Position numbers and translations under genes: made by a program. A stretch of DNA of 64,000 nucleotides from Candidatus Latescibacterota bacterium. Lineage in GTDB: Bacteria; Latescibacterota; UBA2968; UBA8231. Below are positions 17,278-26,078 of the stretch, one piece after another. The notes beneath the pieces are model-generated. The model was not told the origin of the DNA. It made no database searches and saw nothing but the letters and a program-made list of their open reading frames with translations. The DNA is taken from positions 5,455,427 to 5,519,426 of the forward strand of contig CBDETK010000013.1 in the NCBI GenBank assembly GCA_965242865.1, given 5' to 3'. Every line of letters starts with the position of its first letter. Position 1 is the first letter of the stretch.

Positions 17278-17529
17278 TCACGAATCCGCAATCGATACAG
17301 CGGCCAGTGTATCTTTGGCAATAATGGCATGCGCGTAGGCCGTGCAGGCGCGAATGTCGTCTGGTTCCAGTTCGGGGTAATCCGCTAGAATGGCCTTTGT
17401 CGTCACGCCCTGTGCCATCAGGCTCAGGATGAGTTCCACTGAAATTCGCATGTCGCGAATGATGGGCTTGCCGCCAAAGACTTCCGGGCGGGCGGTGATG
17501 CGCTTGAGCAGTTCGGGATTAGGGATCAT
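17278..17529 (-). CDS. DUF433 (COG2442) antitoxin-like protein
   Basis: 83 aa. 'ITARPEVFGGKPIIRDMRISVELILSLMAQGVTTKAILADYPELEPDDIRAC' is the typical DUF433 pattern. Confidence 0.85.
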   Translation of the reverse strand: MIPNPELLKRITARPEVFGGKPIIRDMRISVELILSLMAQGVTTKAILADYPELEPDDIRACTAYAHAIIAKDTLAAVSIADS

Positions 17530-17553
17530 GTCCTCTCCGTAGATTACGTCCGG

Positions 17554-17602
17554 CTACCTCGGCACCGCCAGCAGCATGGCGTCGAGTGAGGCGTTTTTTT
17601 CG
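17554..17602 (-). repeat. relic C of the DUF1156 methylase 3' end
   Basis: 17556-17586 is identical (31 nt) to 18865-18895. The minus strand reads ..SLDAMLLAVPR* with a TAG stop. The relic lies 24 nt upstream of the DUF433 ATG at 17529. Confidence 0.85.
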
Positions 17603-17615
17603 GAACCAATAGGAG

Positions 17616-17843
17616 TCATCGGTTCTGCGTGATGAGCCGACTTCTGCTTTCCTCGCGTGGCTTTGAGGGCGGCTTGGTTTCAAAGGGATTACTTACCCGA
17701 CTGCCGCTATCTTCCCACACTCCCAATTCTTCGAGTTCTCGGCGCATTTGTAGCGCCTCTTCGACGATCTTAGGATCAACCGCCGGATTCTTTGCGATCT
17801 GCTCTTTGGTGAGCATGGGCACAAGTAGGTCTTTTTTTAGCAT
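17616..17843 (-). CDS. small hypothetical protein (75 aa) downstream of the protease
   Basis: ORF starting 11 nt after the protease stop, with similarly lowered GC. Charged and helical-looking, with no motif. Confidence 0.4.
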   Translation of the reverse strand: MLKKDLLVPMLTKEQIAKNPAVDPKIVEEALQMRRELEELGVWEDSGSRVSNPFETKPPSKPREESRSRLITQNR

Positions 17844-17854
17844 AGAGACTCCTT

Positions 17855-18748
17855 TTAGGGGAAATAACGGTTATGGACTAGACTATTTGCTTCTTCCTTG
17901 AATGCAAGATCTCCGAAAAACCAGAAGTATTCCTTGATCAAGTTGCTCAACGTAGGATCGGCTTCTAAGTCATCAATTTTGAGCTTCAATTCAGCAAGAA
18001 CATCTCGGTTAATTCCACGTCCATGAGTACCCCATCTTTTTTGATCGTTAAGTGCTTGGGCGATTTCTTCCGCACGTTTCTCCTTTTCTTTTTGAGTAAC
18101 AGGTTTCTTTGTAGAACCGTGTGTTGACCAATCCTTGAATTTGTACTTTACAAGCCAATGTTGAATGAGTCGAACTGATAGCTCGGCTGCCAATTCATAT
18201 TGACGCAAATCAGCAGCATCAAGTTTCTGAAGCAGCACCAAATCCGCACTTGTCAGGGTGCCTTCTTCGGCTTTTTTGACAAAGCGTTCGTACTGTTCAA
18301 GATAAGAAAGAACCGATATAGGGATGGGTTTGTCTTCTATATACAATTGGGGATCAACCGGCCCCAAACAAGAGAAGTAGTCCATCAAAATTGCGTCCCC
18401 GGACATCACGAGCACCGTCCCTGCCGACATCGCCTTATCGGGAATGAGAAACTTCACCTCTTTGTAGTAATGCCTGAGCGTGGTAACAATGCGTTCGGCG
18501 ACCTCGACAATGCCACCAGTTGTATCAATGATCACGAGCGAACCTTCGCGGCGTTCCGGGACCCTTTCGATAGCCAACCTGACGCGGTGATCGACCGACT
18601 CCATGATTGGACCGAAAATTGTCAGCGCATCCATACAGGTATGCTTCTCAATTTCAGCGAGCTTGGAATTAAGCCACTCGACCGCGATTGAATCGCTCGT
18701 ATCTGGATTCTTTTGTGGGACCGGCTGCGCGGTGATGTCATCGGCCAT
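17855..18748 (-). CDS. SDH-family (serine dehydrogenase proteinase) ClpP/SppA-fold serine protease
   Basis: 297 aa. 'IIDTTGGIVEVAERIVTTLRHYYKEVKFLIPDKAMSAGTVLVMSGDAILMDYFSCLGPVDPQL' matches the family core with its nucleophile Ser in 'AMSAGT'. A hand count of one 60-nt line (18001) gives 27/60 G+C. Confidence 0.78.
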   Translation of the reverse strand: MADDITAQPVPQKNPDTSDSIAVEWLNSKLAEIEKHTCMDALTIFGPIMESVDHRVRLAIERVPERREGSLVIIDTTGGIVEVAERIVTTLRHYYKEVKFLIPDKAMSAGTVLVMSGDAILMDYFSCLGPVDPQLYIEDKPIPISVLSYLEQYERFVKKAEEGTLTSADLVLLQKLDAADLRQYELAAELSVRLIQHWLVKYKFKDWSTHGSTKKPVTQKEKEKRAEEIAQALNDQKRWGTHGRGINRDVLAELKLKIDDLEADPTLSNLIKEYFWFFGDLAFKEEANSLVHNRYFP

Positions 18749-18862
18749 GGAGTGAACTCCTGCTCTCGGGGATTCGATTCATGTTGTCTCTGCGTATGCT
18801 TCGATTTTTAGAGTACTTAACCAGAATTTTTGCTTTGCGTCAACCTTTTGCTGAATCACGCG

Positions 18863-21774
18863 TCACCTCGGCACCGCCAGCAGCATGGCGTCGAGGAGGC
18901 GTTTTTCGTTACAGCCTTGAGGGTAGAGGGCGGATAGGGCGTTGGCAAGGCGGAGGAAGTCGGGGCCGCGATCTTGCTCGGCGCTGATTAGCGTCCGTAG
19001 GGCGGTGGCGTGGCCGGTGGATTGGAGCAGCATGGCGGTGTGGACGCGGTCGAGGGTGGTGTCGCCAAGCGTGGCGGAAAGGGGGTCGTCGGAGGATTCG
19101 CCGTATTGTGGGCGCGGCTCCCGGACGAGCGTGGGGGTGCTGTCCTGCTGGTCGGGGAAGAGCGTCTGCTGGGCGTCGGCTCCGCTTTCGATGTACGTGG
19201 CTGCGGCGGCCGCGCCGTCTTCGCCGAAGAGCTTTTGGGCGCGCTCGGCTACGGAGAGGAGGCGCACGACGCCCTTTTCTTGGCCGATGATGCGGTCGGT
19301 TTGGGCGGCGAGGTCAATGCCCATGGGCTGGGCGAAGCGGCGCACGACATCGAAGGGGAGCGCGAATCCCGTGGCCGCGGCTTGGGCGACGGCTTCTTCG
19401 TCGGCCTCGTCGGCTTGGTCCTGATTTTCTGCAACAGGGGCCGTGCTCTGGAGCGTCCACAGGAAGAGCGCGGTTAGGCGGGCGTCCGCTTCCAATGCGC
19501 CGTGCGTTTGCGCCTCGGCCGTGCCGAGCACCTGTTGCAGGGCGGCGCGACCGACGACTTCCCAGACTTTTTCCAAGTAATCGGGCAGGCCGATTAGATC
19601 GCCTTCGGCGGTTTCGACAGCGCGGTAGCGGCTGAAAATTTCGAGGGCCGGGCCGATGCAGGCGAAAACCAGATCGGCCCCGCGGATGCCTTCGGCTTGC
19701 AAGCGGTCGATCCAGTCGGCGACGCGGACCGGCAGTTCGCGCAGGACATCGGCCCAATCGCCGATGGGGGCGTCGTCGGGACGGGGGCGGCAGATGAGGT
19801 GGACGCTGGTGGCGAGGGCAGCGGAATCGCGGGCGCGGAGACGGGTCGCGCTTTCGGTAGCAATCGGCCACGATCCGGTTATGGTCCAACCGCCGCGAAT
19901 CATGCCCGAGAGCAACGCTTCCCAGCCTTCCGTTGTTTTATGAGCGAAGACGACCGAGCCGATGCCTTCTTCGCTCAGTACGCGGCGACCTTCGGCAAAG
20001 GCTTTCGCCATCGTCTCCTCGAACCATGCGCGGTCTTTTGGGCGGCCGTCGGCCTGCTTGGTCTCGTCTTGTACGGCCTCGGCGGTCTTGGGCGAGAGCA
20101 GGTTGTCAGGATCGAAGGGATCGCGCAGTAGCGGATTGTTGGGTAGCGTACGTTTGAGCCAGACGAGGAAGAAGTCGGAGAGATCGGAATAGGGAATCGC
20201 GTCGTAGTACGGCGGGTCTGTGAAATAGACGCTGGTGGCTTGGTCGGGGAGTGGGTGGTCGGTGGCGTCGGCGGATTGAAGTTGGCCTGAAACTGCAGAT
20301 CGGGCGAATTGTATGACTTCACAAGTTGCACCTATACCTGATAGGAAAACCCCCCGCGCATTGCTCTTTGGTGTAGATTCACAGAAATCCCACACAATGG
20401 GAATGGCTTGACGTGCAAAGAGATTTACAGGGTTTTCAGCATTGCTTTCCCACCGAGTAAGGGAGTTGTTGCCATCCGCCATTCTGCCTAAAAGCAATGC
20501 GATTAGGGTTTGTTGAATGCTTGGCGTGAGCGTTACGCTAGATCGGCCCAACCCAACCAACGCCACCTTCTGCCGCGCCGTAAACAAATCCCCCCACTGC
20601 ATCATACCATATCGCTGCACACGAAAGCCCAACGTGCCGATTGGTGGCAACGGCTCATCCGGCACCGGGCAAAGCCCCTGCCGCCCACCCCGCTCCCACT
20701 CGTCCAACATCCGCGCCACCCGCTCCTGCGCCACCCGCACCGCCGCATAATCCGCCCCGTCTCGCCGGGCCGCACCGTCACCACCGCCGTCATCCGCGCC
20801 CCACCCGTCCGCCTTCCCTCCGCGTCAAAAACCACATCCGCGCCGCCCCGTTGGGCCGCAAGCTGCGCCCGCACCCGCTCCGGCGGCAGCACCGCGCCGC
20901 AGCACAAACAAGTCGCTCGCGCTCGCGCCACCGTGCCGCCGCGCACCTCTCGATCCGCCTGCGGCTCAACCACCGCAAACTCGACGCTCGGCGGCTCCCC
21001 CTCGCAACGCTCAACCCGATGCTGCAACGCCCGCTTGCGCTTGGCCTTCTTGCACAACCAAAACGAGCGCATCAGGGGAATCTCCGCGCCGCAGTTGGGC
21101 GCTTCGCAGCGCACCGTGCGCGCCCACAAGTAGGCAATCGGCGTGGCCCCATCCGGGTCCCTCGGATACAGCTCGGCCAATTCCCGCTCGGCCTGCCGCT
21201 TAATTTCGCCGCCGACCCGACGCAACTCCTCGGCCAGCCCCGGCCCGTGCCGCGGAATATCCTCCAGCATCACCTTGAGAATCAGACACGCCACCGGATT
21301 TAGGTCGCTGGCAAACGCCTCGCAACCCAGCCGCAACGCCTCCAGCGGAATCGACCCGCCGCCGGCAAACGGATCCACCACCAGCGGCGGCTCCGCGCCA
21401 TGCGCCGCTTGCACCAACGCCCGGCTCACGTCGAGATGGGTGCGGTCCGCCGCATTCTTCCAATTGGCAAAGTTGGCAATGAACGCCAGTAACCCCTGCC
21501 GCAGCTCCAAGTCATTCGCCAGCGGCTGCCGCACCGCGAGCAGAATGTTCCGCGCTTGCCGCTTAAAGTCCTCCGGACAGTGCGCGTCGCACGGGTCTGG
21601 CAGCAGCAACGCCAGCAACACCGCCCGCGACGAGGCCAACGGCCGCCGCGCCCACCACAAGTGCAACGTACTCGGATGCCCATGCCGAATCGACTTCTCC
21701 CGCGCCGCGTACTGAGAAACCTCAGCAATGGGAAAATCAACTTCGGCGAGACGTTTGCAGACGCGGGGGATCAT
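18863..21774 (-). pseudogene. DUF1156 (COG1743-type) Zn-ribbon DNA methyltransferase, interrupted by a 1-nt frameshift near 20752
   Basis: N-terminal ORF 20602..21774: 'EVDFPIAEVSQYAAREKSIRHGHPSTLHLWWARRP', the SAM-binding 'DPFAGGGSIPLEA' and Cys pairs 'CEAPNCG'/'CLCCG'. C-terminal ORF 18863..20740: 'FTDPPYYDAIPYSDLSDFF' (DPPY catalytic motif). The frames join as ..RPGETGR/DYAAVRVAQE.. only if one nucleotide is added in GGGGCGGATT. Confidence 0.85.
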
Positions 21775-21855
21775 GGATTCTCTTTCCGTTCCTGCCGAGG
21801 CGGGATGGTGCTGGCACAGCTAAACCTGCGGTTCGGCGTCGTCATTGGCCGGTGC

Positions 21856-22065
21856 TTATCCGCGCTCCAGTTCGGCCGGATGCATGCTGAGATATTCACG
21901 AACCTCCAACTGCATTCGGTCGATCTCGGCGAGAAATCCCGCCACCGAGCCTCGGTAATTTTCAGGATGGGTTTCCACATTGCGTAGATGGGCTATTTGA
22001 CGCTGGAAATGCGCGATTCGCCCCAGAGTGACGTCGAGTTCGCGATCGTTTGCAATCATGGTCAT
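21856..22065 (-). CDS. small helical protein (69 aa) coupled to the upstream NTase
   Basis: Its ATG overlaps the NTase stop (ATGA at 22062-22065). Predicted helical, with no motif. Confidence 0.45.
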   Translation of the reverse strand: MTMIANDRELDVTLGRIAHFQRQIAHLRNVETHPENYRGSVAGFLAEIDRMQLEVREYLSMHPAELERG

Positions 22066-22502
22066 TCCCCCGTGATTTCAACGATGCCACGTTCAGTACC
22101 ATCGCGTTTGAGTTGCCAATCTTCGATGGCGGATTCTTCGCCACCGATGGCCGCCAAGCGGCGAACCCAGAACACACTACATCCAAAATGATCTTGGGCC
22201 GTTCCGTGATAGAACAGGAGTCGGGCTTCGCCGACTAGTGACCCCATATCGAAATTGTCATCCATAATCATGAAGATGTCCACATCGTTGGGTTCGTATT
22301 TTTCAGTAATAAACGAGCCGAATACGATGAATCGAGCTAGATAGCCAGTTTGCGCCGCGATCTGATAGATGCGTTCGAGGCGCATGGCAAGCAGCTTTCG
22401 GCGATGCGATCCCGTTCCAAAACGGCTGACTGTTTCGGCGAGCGAAGCCGTATAGACGCCAAAAGGAAGATCACCCATTGCGGTAAAGTCAGGTAGGGGC
22501 AT
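22062..22502 (-). CDS. minimal nucleotidyltransferase-fold protein (pol-beta superfamily)
   Basis: 146 aa. 'FIVFGSFITEKYEPNDVDIFMIMD' is the GS...DxD NTase motif. Confidence 0.65.
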   Translation of the reverse strand: MPLPDFTAMGDLPFGVYTASLAETVSRFGTGSHRRKLLAMRLERIYQIAAQTGYLARFIVFGSFITEKYEPNDVDIFMIMDDNFDMGSLVGEARLLFYHGTAQDHFGCSVFWVRRLAAIGGEESAIEDWQLKRDGTERGIVEITGE

Positions 22503-22642
22503 AGACCCTCCTGTTGATGAGAACCATTCTAATGAGACAGTCGGTTAGATCGTGCATCCCCGCGGCCAGCCCATTCCATCTTTCATCCCCCAAGGCCGTC
22601 GCTATACAGATTCCACGAAGATAAACAGTATTATTAGTTTAA

Positions 22643-25600
22643 TCACTCAGTTCCTGATTTTTGAACAATAAATGCTTTCATACCACCTGCATAGAATTGA
22701 ATTTGAACTTTATGACTTGACGATATACTAGTATCTATCATTGAATTTCTTTTTTTTAAGAAAAGAGGTATCTTATACTGAAGATCTATAATACGCACGT
22801 ATAATCTTTTTTTATATTTGACTATAACAGCATCAAATATCTCAGGATTACCTTCATCATCTTTCCAATAATCTTGCATACATAAGCTAGTTCTAAAACG
22901 TTGCTGAATTTTTCTCATGTGTCTCCTAAAATAAGAGAATTTTCTGTTATATGCTTCTGCGATACCCAAAAAGTAATGATATCTCATAGGGTCTTGTTCA
23001 AGTATAGGCCCATTAGAGCGAACTAAATCAAATAACTTAGATCGGCTGGCACTATGGTGTAAGTTACGCCCATAGTGCTGGAACAATAGCTTTGATACTT
23101 CATCTAAGTGAGTATATTTTTCAAGTTCACGCACCTTTGCACCTAAAGCATCCTCATCATTTTTCTGGGAGTAATAATAGAAGTATAAAATTAGGGCGTA
23201 TGGCTTTAAATCTTCTTTTTTATACAAGTCACTTATAAAATTGATATATTTTTCATCATTAGCAGAAGAAGAATGATGCTTTTTTCTATATCTGGCTTCT
23301 ATTTCGGCAATGGTTTCAATCCCTTCATGAAGCTGTCTTTTCGCTCGATCTAATAAATCTTCAATCGAAATTATACTACGCAATTCTGTTTCTTGGGTAA
23401 GAGAAAATGTTTCTAAATACCATATCTCAAACCGTAAGTATTCTCGGAAACTGTATATACTAAAGGGATCTTCTATCATTTTTATATAAAATAATTCCCT
23501 CGCTTCGTCAATATAAGGTTGTACTGCACTATGTATAACTTGCTCACGATCTAGCAACTGGGCTAGTTTAAAATTGAGAACTGCTCGTCGATGTGTTAAT
23601 CTGTGACTTCTTCGATATAAGAAACTTTCTGCATATATGATACGTTCGATGCCACGTTCTAAAGATTTCTGAGTTCCTCGGTATTGTAAATTTGTAGCGT
23701 AGTGAAGGTTGAAATGAGGATCATCAGAAAATTCATTTGCACATATATCATATAGATTATCAATCTTAGATTGTGTAAATTCTTCTGCCGTTATCATTGC
23801 TTTTAGTATATCTACAATTAAACGGGAATTATGAGGAGTATAAGTTAATTTTTTAAATATTTTTTGGTATTCCACAAATCTTTTATCTGAATCACTTAGA
23901 TACATCTCTATAAGTAAGTCTGAAATTACCGGATGACGAGTTCGAAAATATAGGTCGGGTTCATCTCCCGATATATTTTTTTCTTCTTGGACCAAAATTC
24001 CTTTTGCATCGTATTCTATGACGTCACGTTTGAATGTACCCCAATCTTTAGACACCAGTTTCATCAATAAACTGGAAGGCATTAAAATTTTGAATCTATA
24101 TAATAATGATGTATATAGAAATGACTCCTTAGCCTTTTCTGATAGTTGTTCATATGCGCTCCGTAATATCTGGTCATGATGTCCATCTGTAACTATGGAT
24201 AGCAGAGACACAAAAGCATCTCCTTTATAATCTCGAACAACCGTAGAGGCGAGAGAGTTTCTTTCTTTTTCATCTCTGACAGTGATAATCTTTGAGTCAT
24301 CTAATTTCTTAATCAGATCTGATGCTTCTTTTTTGTTAAAATTAGTATTGATCTCCAGTTGATGCAGGTTGGGATATGATCGGTTATGGGTTAATTTTTG
24401 TAGGATATTTTCCCTTATGGGAACCAGCATCACTATATTAGATCCAGAGAGTTGTTGTATGCTGAGATTCGACCGCAATTCAATCATTGATTTAAAGAAA
24501 CTGTCTACCTCACATTCATCAAATAGAAGCATGATATTTTCAGTGTCAACAGCACTGATTAGTTCACATAAATCTACTTCTCTAATATCTTGAGGCTCTA
24601 ATATCTCAAATACTGCTACATCTAAGTCAGAGTCAAGAATACTATGGACTAATCTATAGCAGAAAGTCGTTTTGCCGACACCATAGGATCCAGTTATTGC
24701 AATAATAGGAATTACAAATTCTTCAGAATTGAAAAATTGTTCTAATTTATTGATTATCTCTTTTTGACAATCTAATCTTATTACATCATAATTCTGCTTT
24801 ATCGCAAAATAAGATGGTCTTTCTCCCGTATAAAATTGCTCTGGTGAAATGTATTCAAATCTGGTATGTGGATTAATCTGGACAAGACTGCTTCCAAGCC
24901 TCTTAATAAGCCTATTAGATATATTTATGGGAGAACTGTCTTTTTGGCGAAACTGCGGTTTTCGCCTTCTTATAGCTGATTCTTCACTCGATTTTTCCCA
25001 ATCTTCATATTTTTGATAGAATTCAGAAGCAGTGCATTTTATAATTCTAATACTGCTGCTCTCAAGGTATGGTAGCATATCTTCCTGTATGGTGGGATCT
25101 ACCAATAGTATATCTCTCTTATTTCGGTAATTATATCGATCAAAACGATCAAGAAGAAATTTAGCAAACGGATCTCTAAATGAGTATCCAATCACGAGAA
25201 GTTGAATACGGGGCGAGATGTGTTCTAGGGCCTGTAACACTATCTTGTAAAAACCGTTAACGGATTCAAAATCTCTTGTTGAAAAAATGAATGGATATTT
25301 GGCTCTATCACTAATACAACCATTTAGCTTAATGTATTTTATCTCATCGTTTGCTGGATTGTAATGATATTCATGCAAATTTTTTGCAGGCTTCAGGATT
25401 TTATTTTCGTCCGATGTACTAAATACTCTATCAAAAGCCTTCTCAACTATAATATCCAAATTGGTCGTAATGATCTCTTTCCAAGGTAGGCGAGCAATTG
25501 TAGTATGAAATGCAGTGGGTTCTAGATTTCTAAGACATTTTTCTACTATATCATCAAACTCTTTGCGATCAAATTGAGGATTTCGACTAAGCACATCAAC

Positions 25601-25807
25601 ATATTCAATAATACTGTCGGTTTGATAACTATTTCCAGACTTTGCTTTGTGATAACCCATTAATTGACTACTTAGATACACATTATCATCGGTTATAGAA
25701 GCACCTGCGCCTAAGAACAGAATCGTATTACCCGATATGATATTAGGAAATATGTCTCTTCGTAAAGTTTCACTTCCTTTTTCTTGGACATCTGTTATAT
25801 GGTACAT
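22643..25807 (-). CDS. SIR2-like (SIR2_2) domain fused to a P-loop STAND-type NTPase and a long helical C-terminal region
   Basis: 1054 aa. N-terminus: 'ILFLGAGAS', 'ITTNLDIIVEKAF', 'IKLNGC' and 'VIGYSFRDP' (SIR2_2 pattern). Middle: Walker A 'ITGSYGVGKTT' and Walker B 'IMLLFDECEV'. Very AT-rich: line 22681 is 19/60 G+C, against 47/60 for line 20761 in the methylase. Confidence 0.82.
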   Translation of the reverse strand: MYHITDVQEKGSETLRRDIFPNIISGNTILFLGAGASITDDNVYLSSQLMGYHKAKSGNSYQTDSIIEYVDVLSRNPQFDRKEFDDIVEKCLRNLEPTAFHTTIARLPWKEIITTNLDIIVEKAFDRVFSTSDENKILKPAKNLHEYHYNPANDEIKYIKLNGCISDRAKYPFIFSTRDFESVNGFYKIVLQALEHISPRIQLLVIGYSFRDPFAKFLLDRFDRYNYRNKRDILLVDPTIQEDMLPYLESSSIRIIKCTASEFYQKYEDWEKSSEESAIRRRKPQFRQKDSSPINISNRLIKRLGSSLVQINPHTRFEYISPEQFYTGERPSYFAIKQNYDVIRLDCQKEIINKLEQFFNSEEFVIPIIAITGSYGVGKTTFCYRLVHSILDSDLDVAVFEILEPQDIREVDLCELISAVDTENIMLLFDECEVDSFFKSMIELRSNLSIQQLSGSNIVMLVPIRENILQKLTHNRSYPNLHQLEINTNFNKKEASDLIKKLDDSKIITVRDEKERNSLASTVVRDYKGDAFVSLLSIVTDGHHDQILRSAYEQLSEKAKESFLYTSLLYRFKILMPSSLLMKLVSKDWGTFKRDVIEYDAKGILVQEEKNISGDEPDLYFRTRHPVISDLLIEMYLSDSDKRFVEYQKIFKKLTYTPHNSRLIVDILKAMITAEEFTQSKIDNLYDICANEFSDDPHFNLHYATNLQYRGTQKSLERGIERIIYAESFLYRRSHRLTHRRAVLNFKLAQLLDREQVIHSAVQPYIDEARELFYIKMIEDPFSIYSFREYLRFEIWYLETFSLTQETELRSIISIEDLLDRAKRQLHEGIETIAEIEARYRKKHHSSSANDEKYINFISDLYKKEDLKPYALILYFYYYSQKNDEDALGAKVRELEKYTHLDEVSKLLFQHYGRNLHHSASRSKLFDLVRSNGPILEQDPMRYHYFLGIAEAYNRKFSYFRRHMRKIQQRFRTSLCMQDYWKDDEGNPEIFDAVIVKYKKRLYVRIIDLQYKIPLFLKKRNSMIDTSISSSHKVQIQFYAGGMKAFIVQKSGTE

Positions 25808-26078
25808 CTCAAATCCTTATAGTCTATATTGCGTTATAGATGGAAGTCATTGGGAACGGAAAAACGTATGATGACGCCCTTGTTCCTCGTGGTTCTACTT
25901 GGGAAATAAGTCTAGATTAGCCCATTCCAACGCTTTTTCTTCCCACAATCGAATTCGGCGTTTCGGACCACTTCTACTCAAGAAAACCTATCGCCCGCTC
26001 GTCCAAATATATCTATCATGTTCAAAATATCGTATCCTCTACACTAGGTCAAGTGTCTCCATAGTCGCCGCTATCGCA

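Noticed and set aside
18942-21715. Plus-strand ORFs antisense to the methylase (for example 20510..21133, 20641..21303 and 21143..21715).
   Set aside because: They have low-complexity P/R/A-rich translations with no motifs, and sit inside a gene with strong DUF1156 signatures on the other strand.
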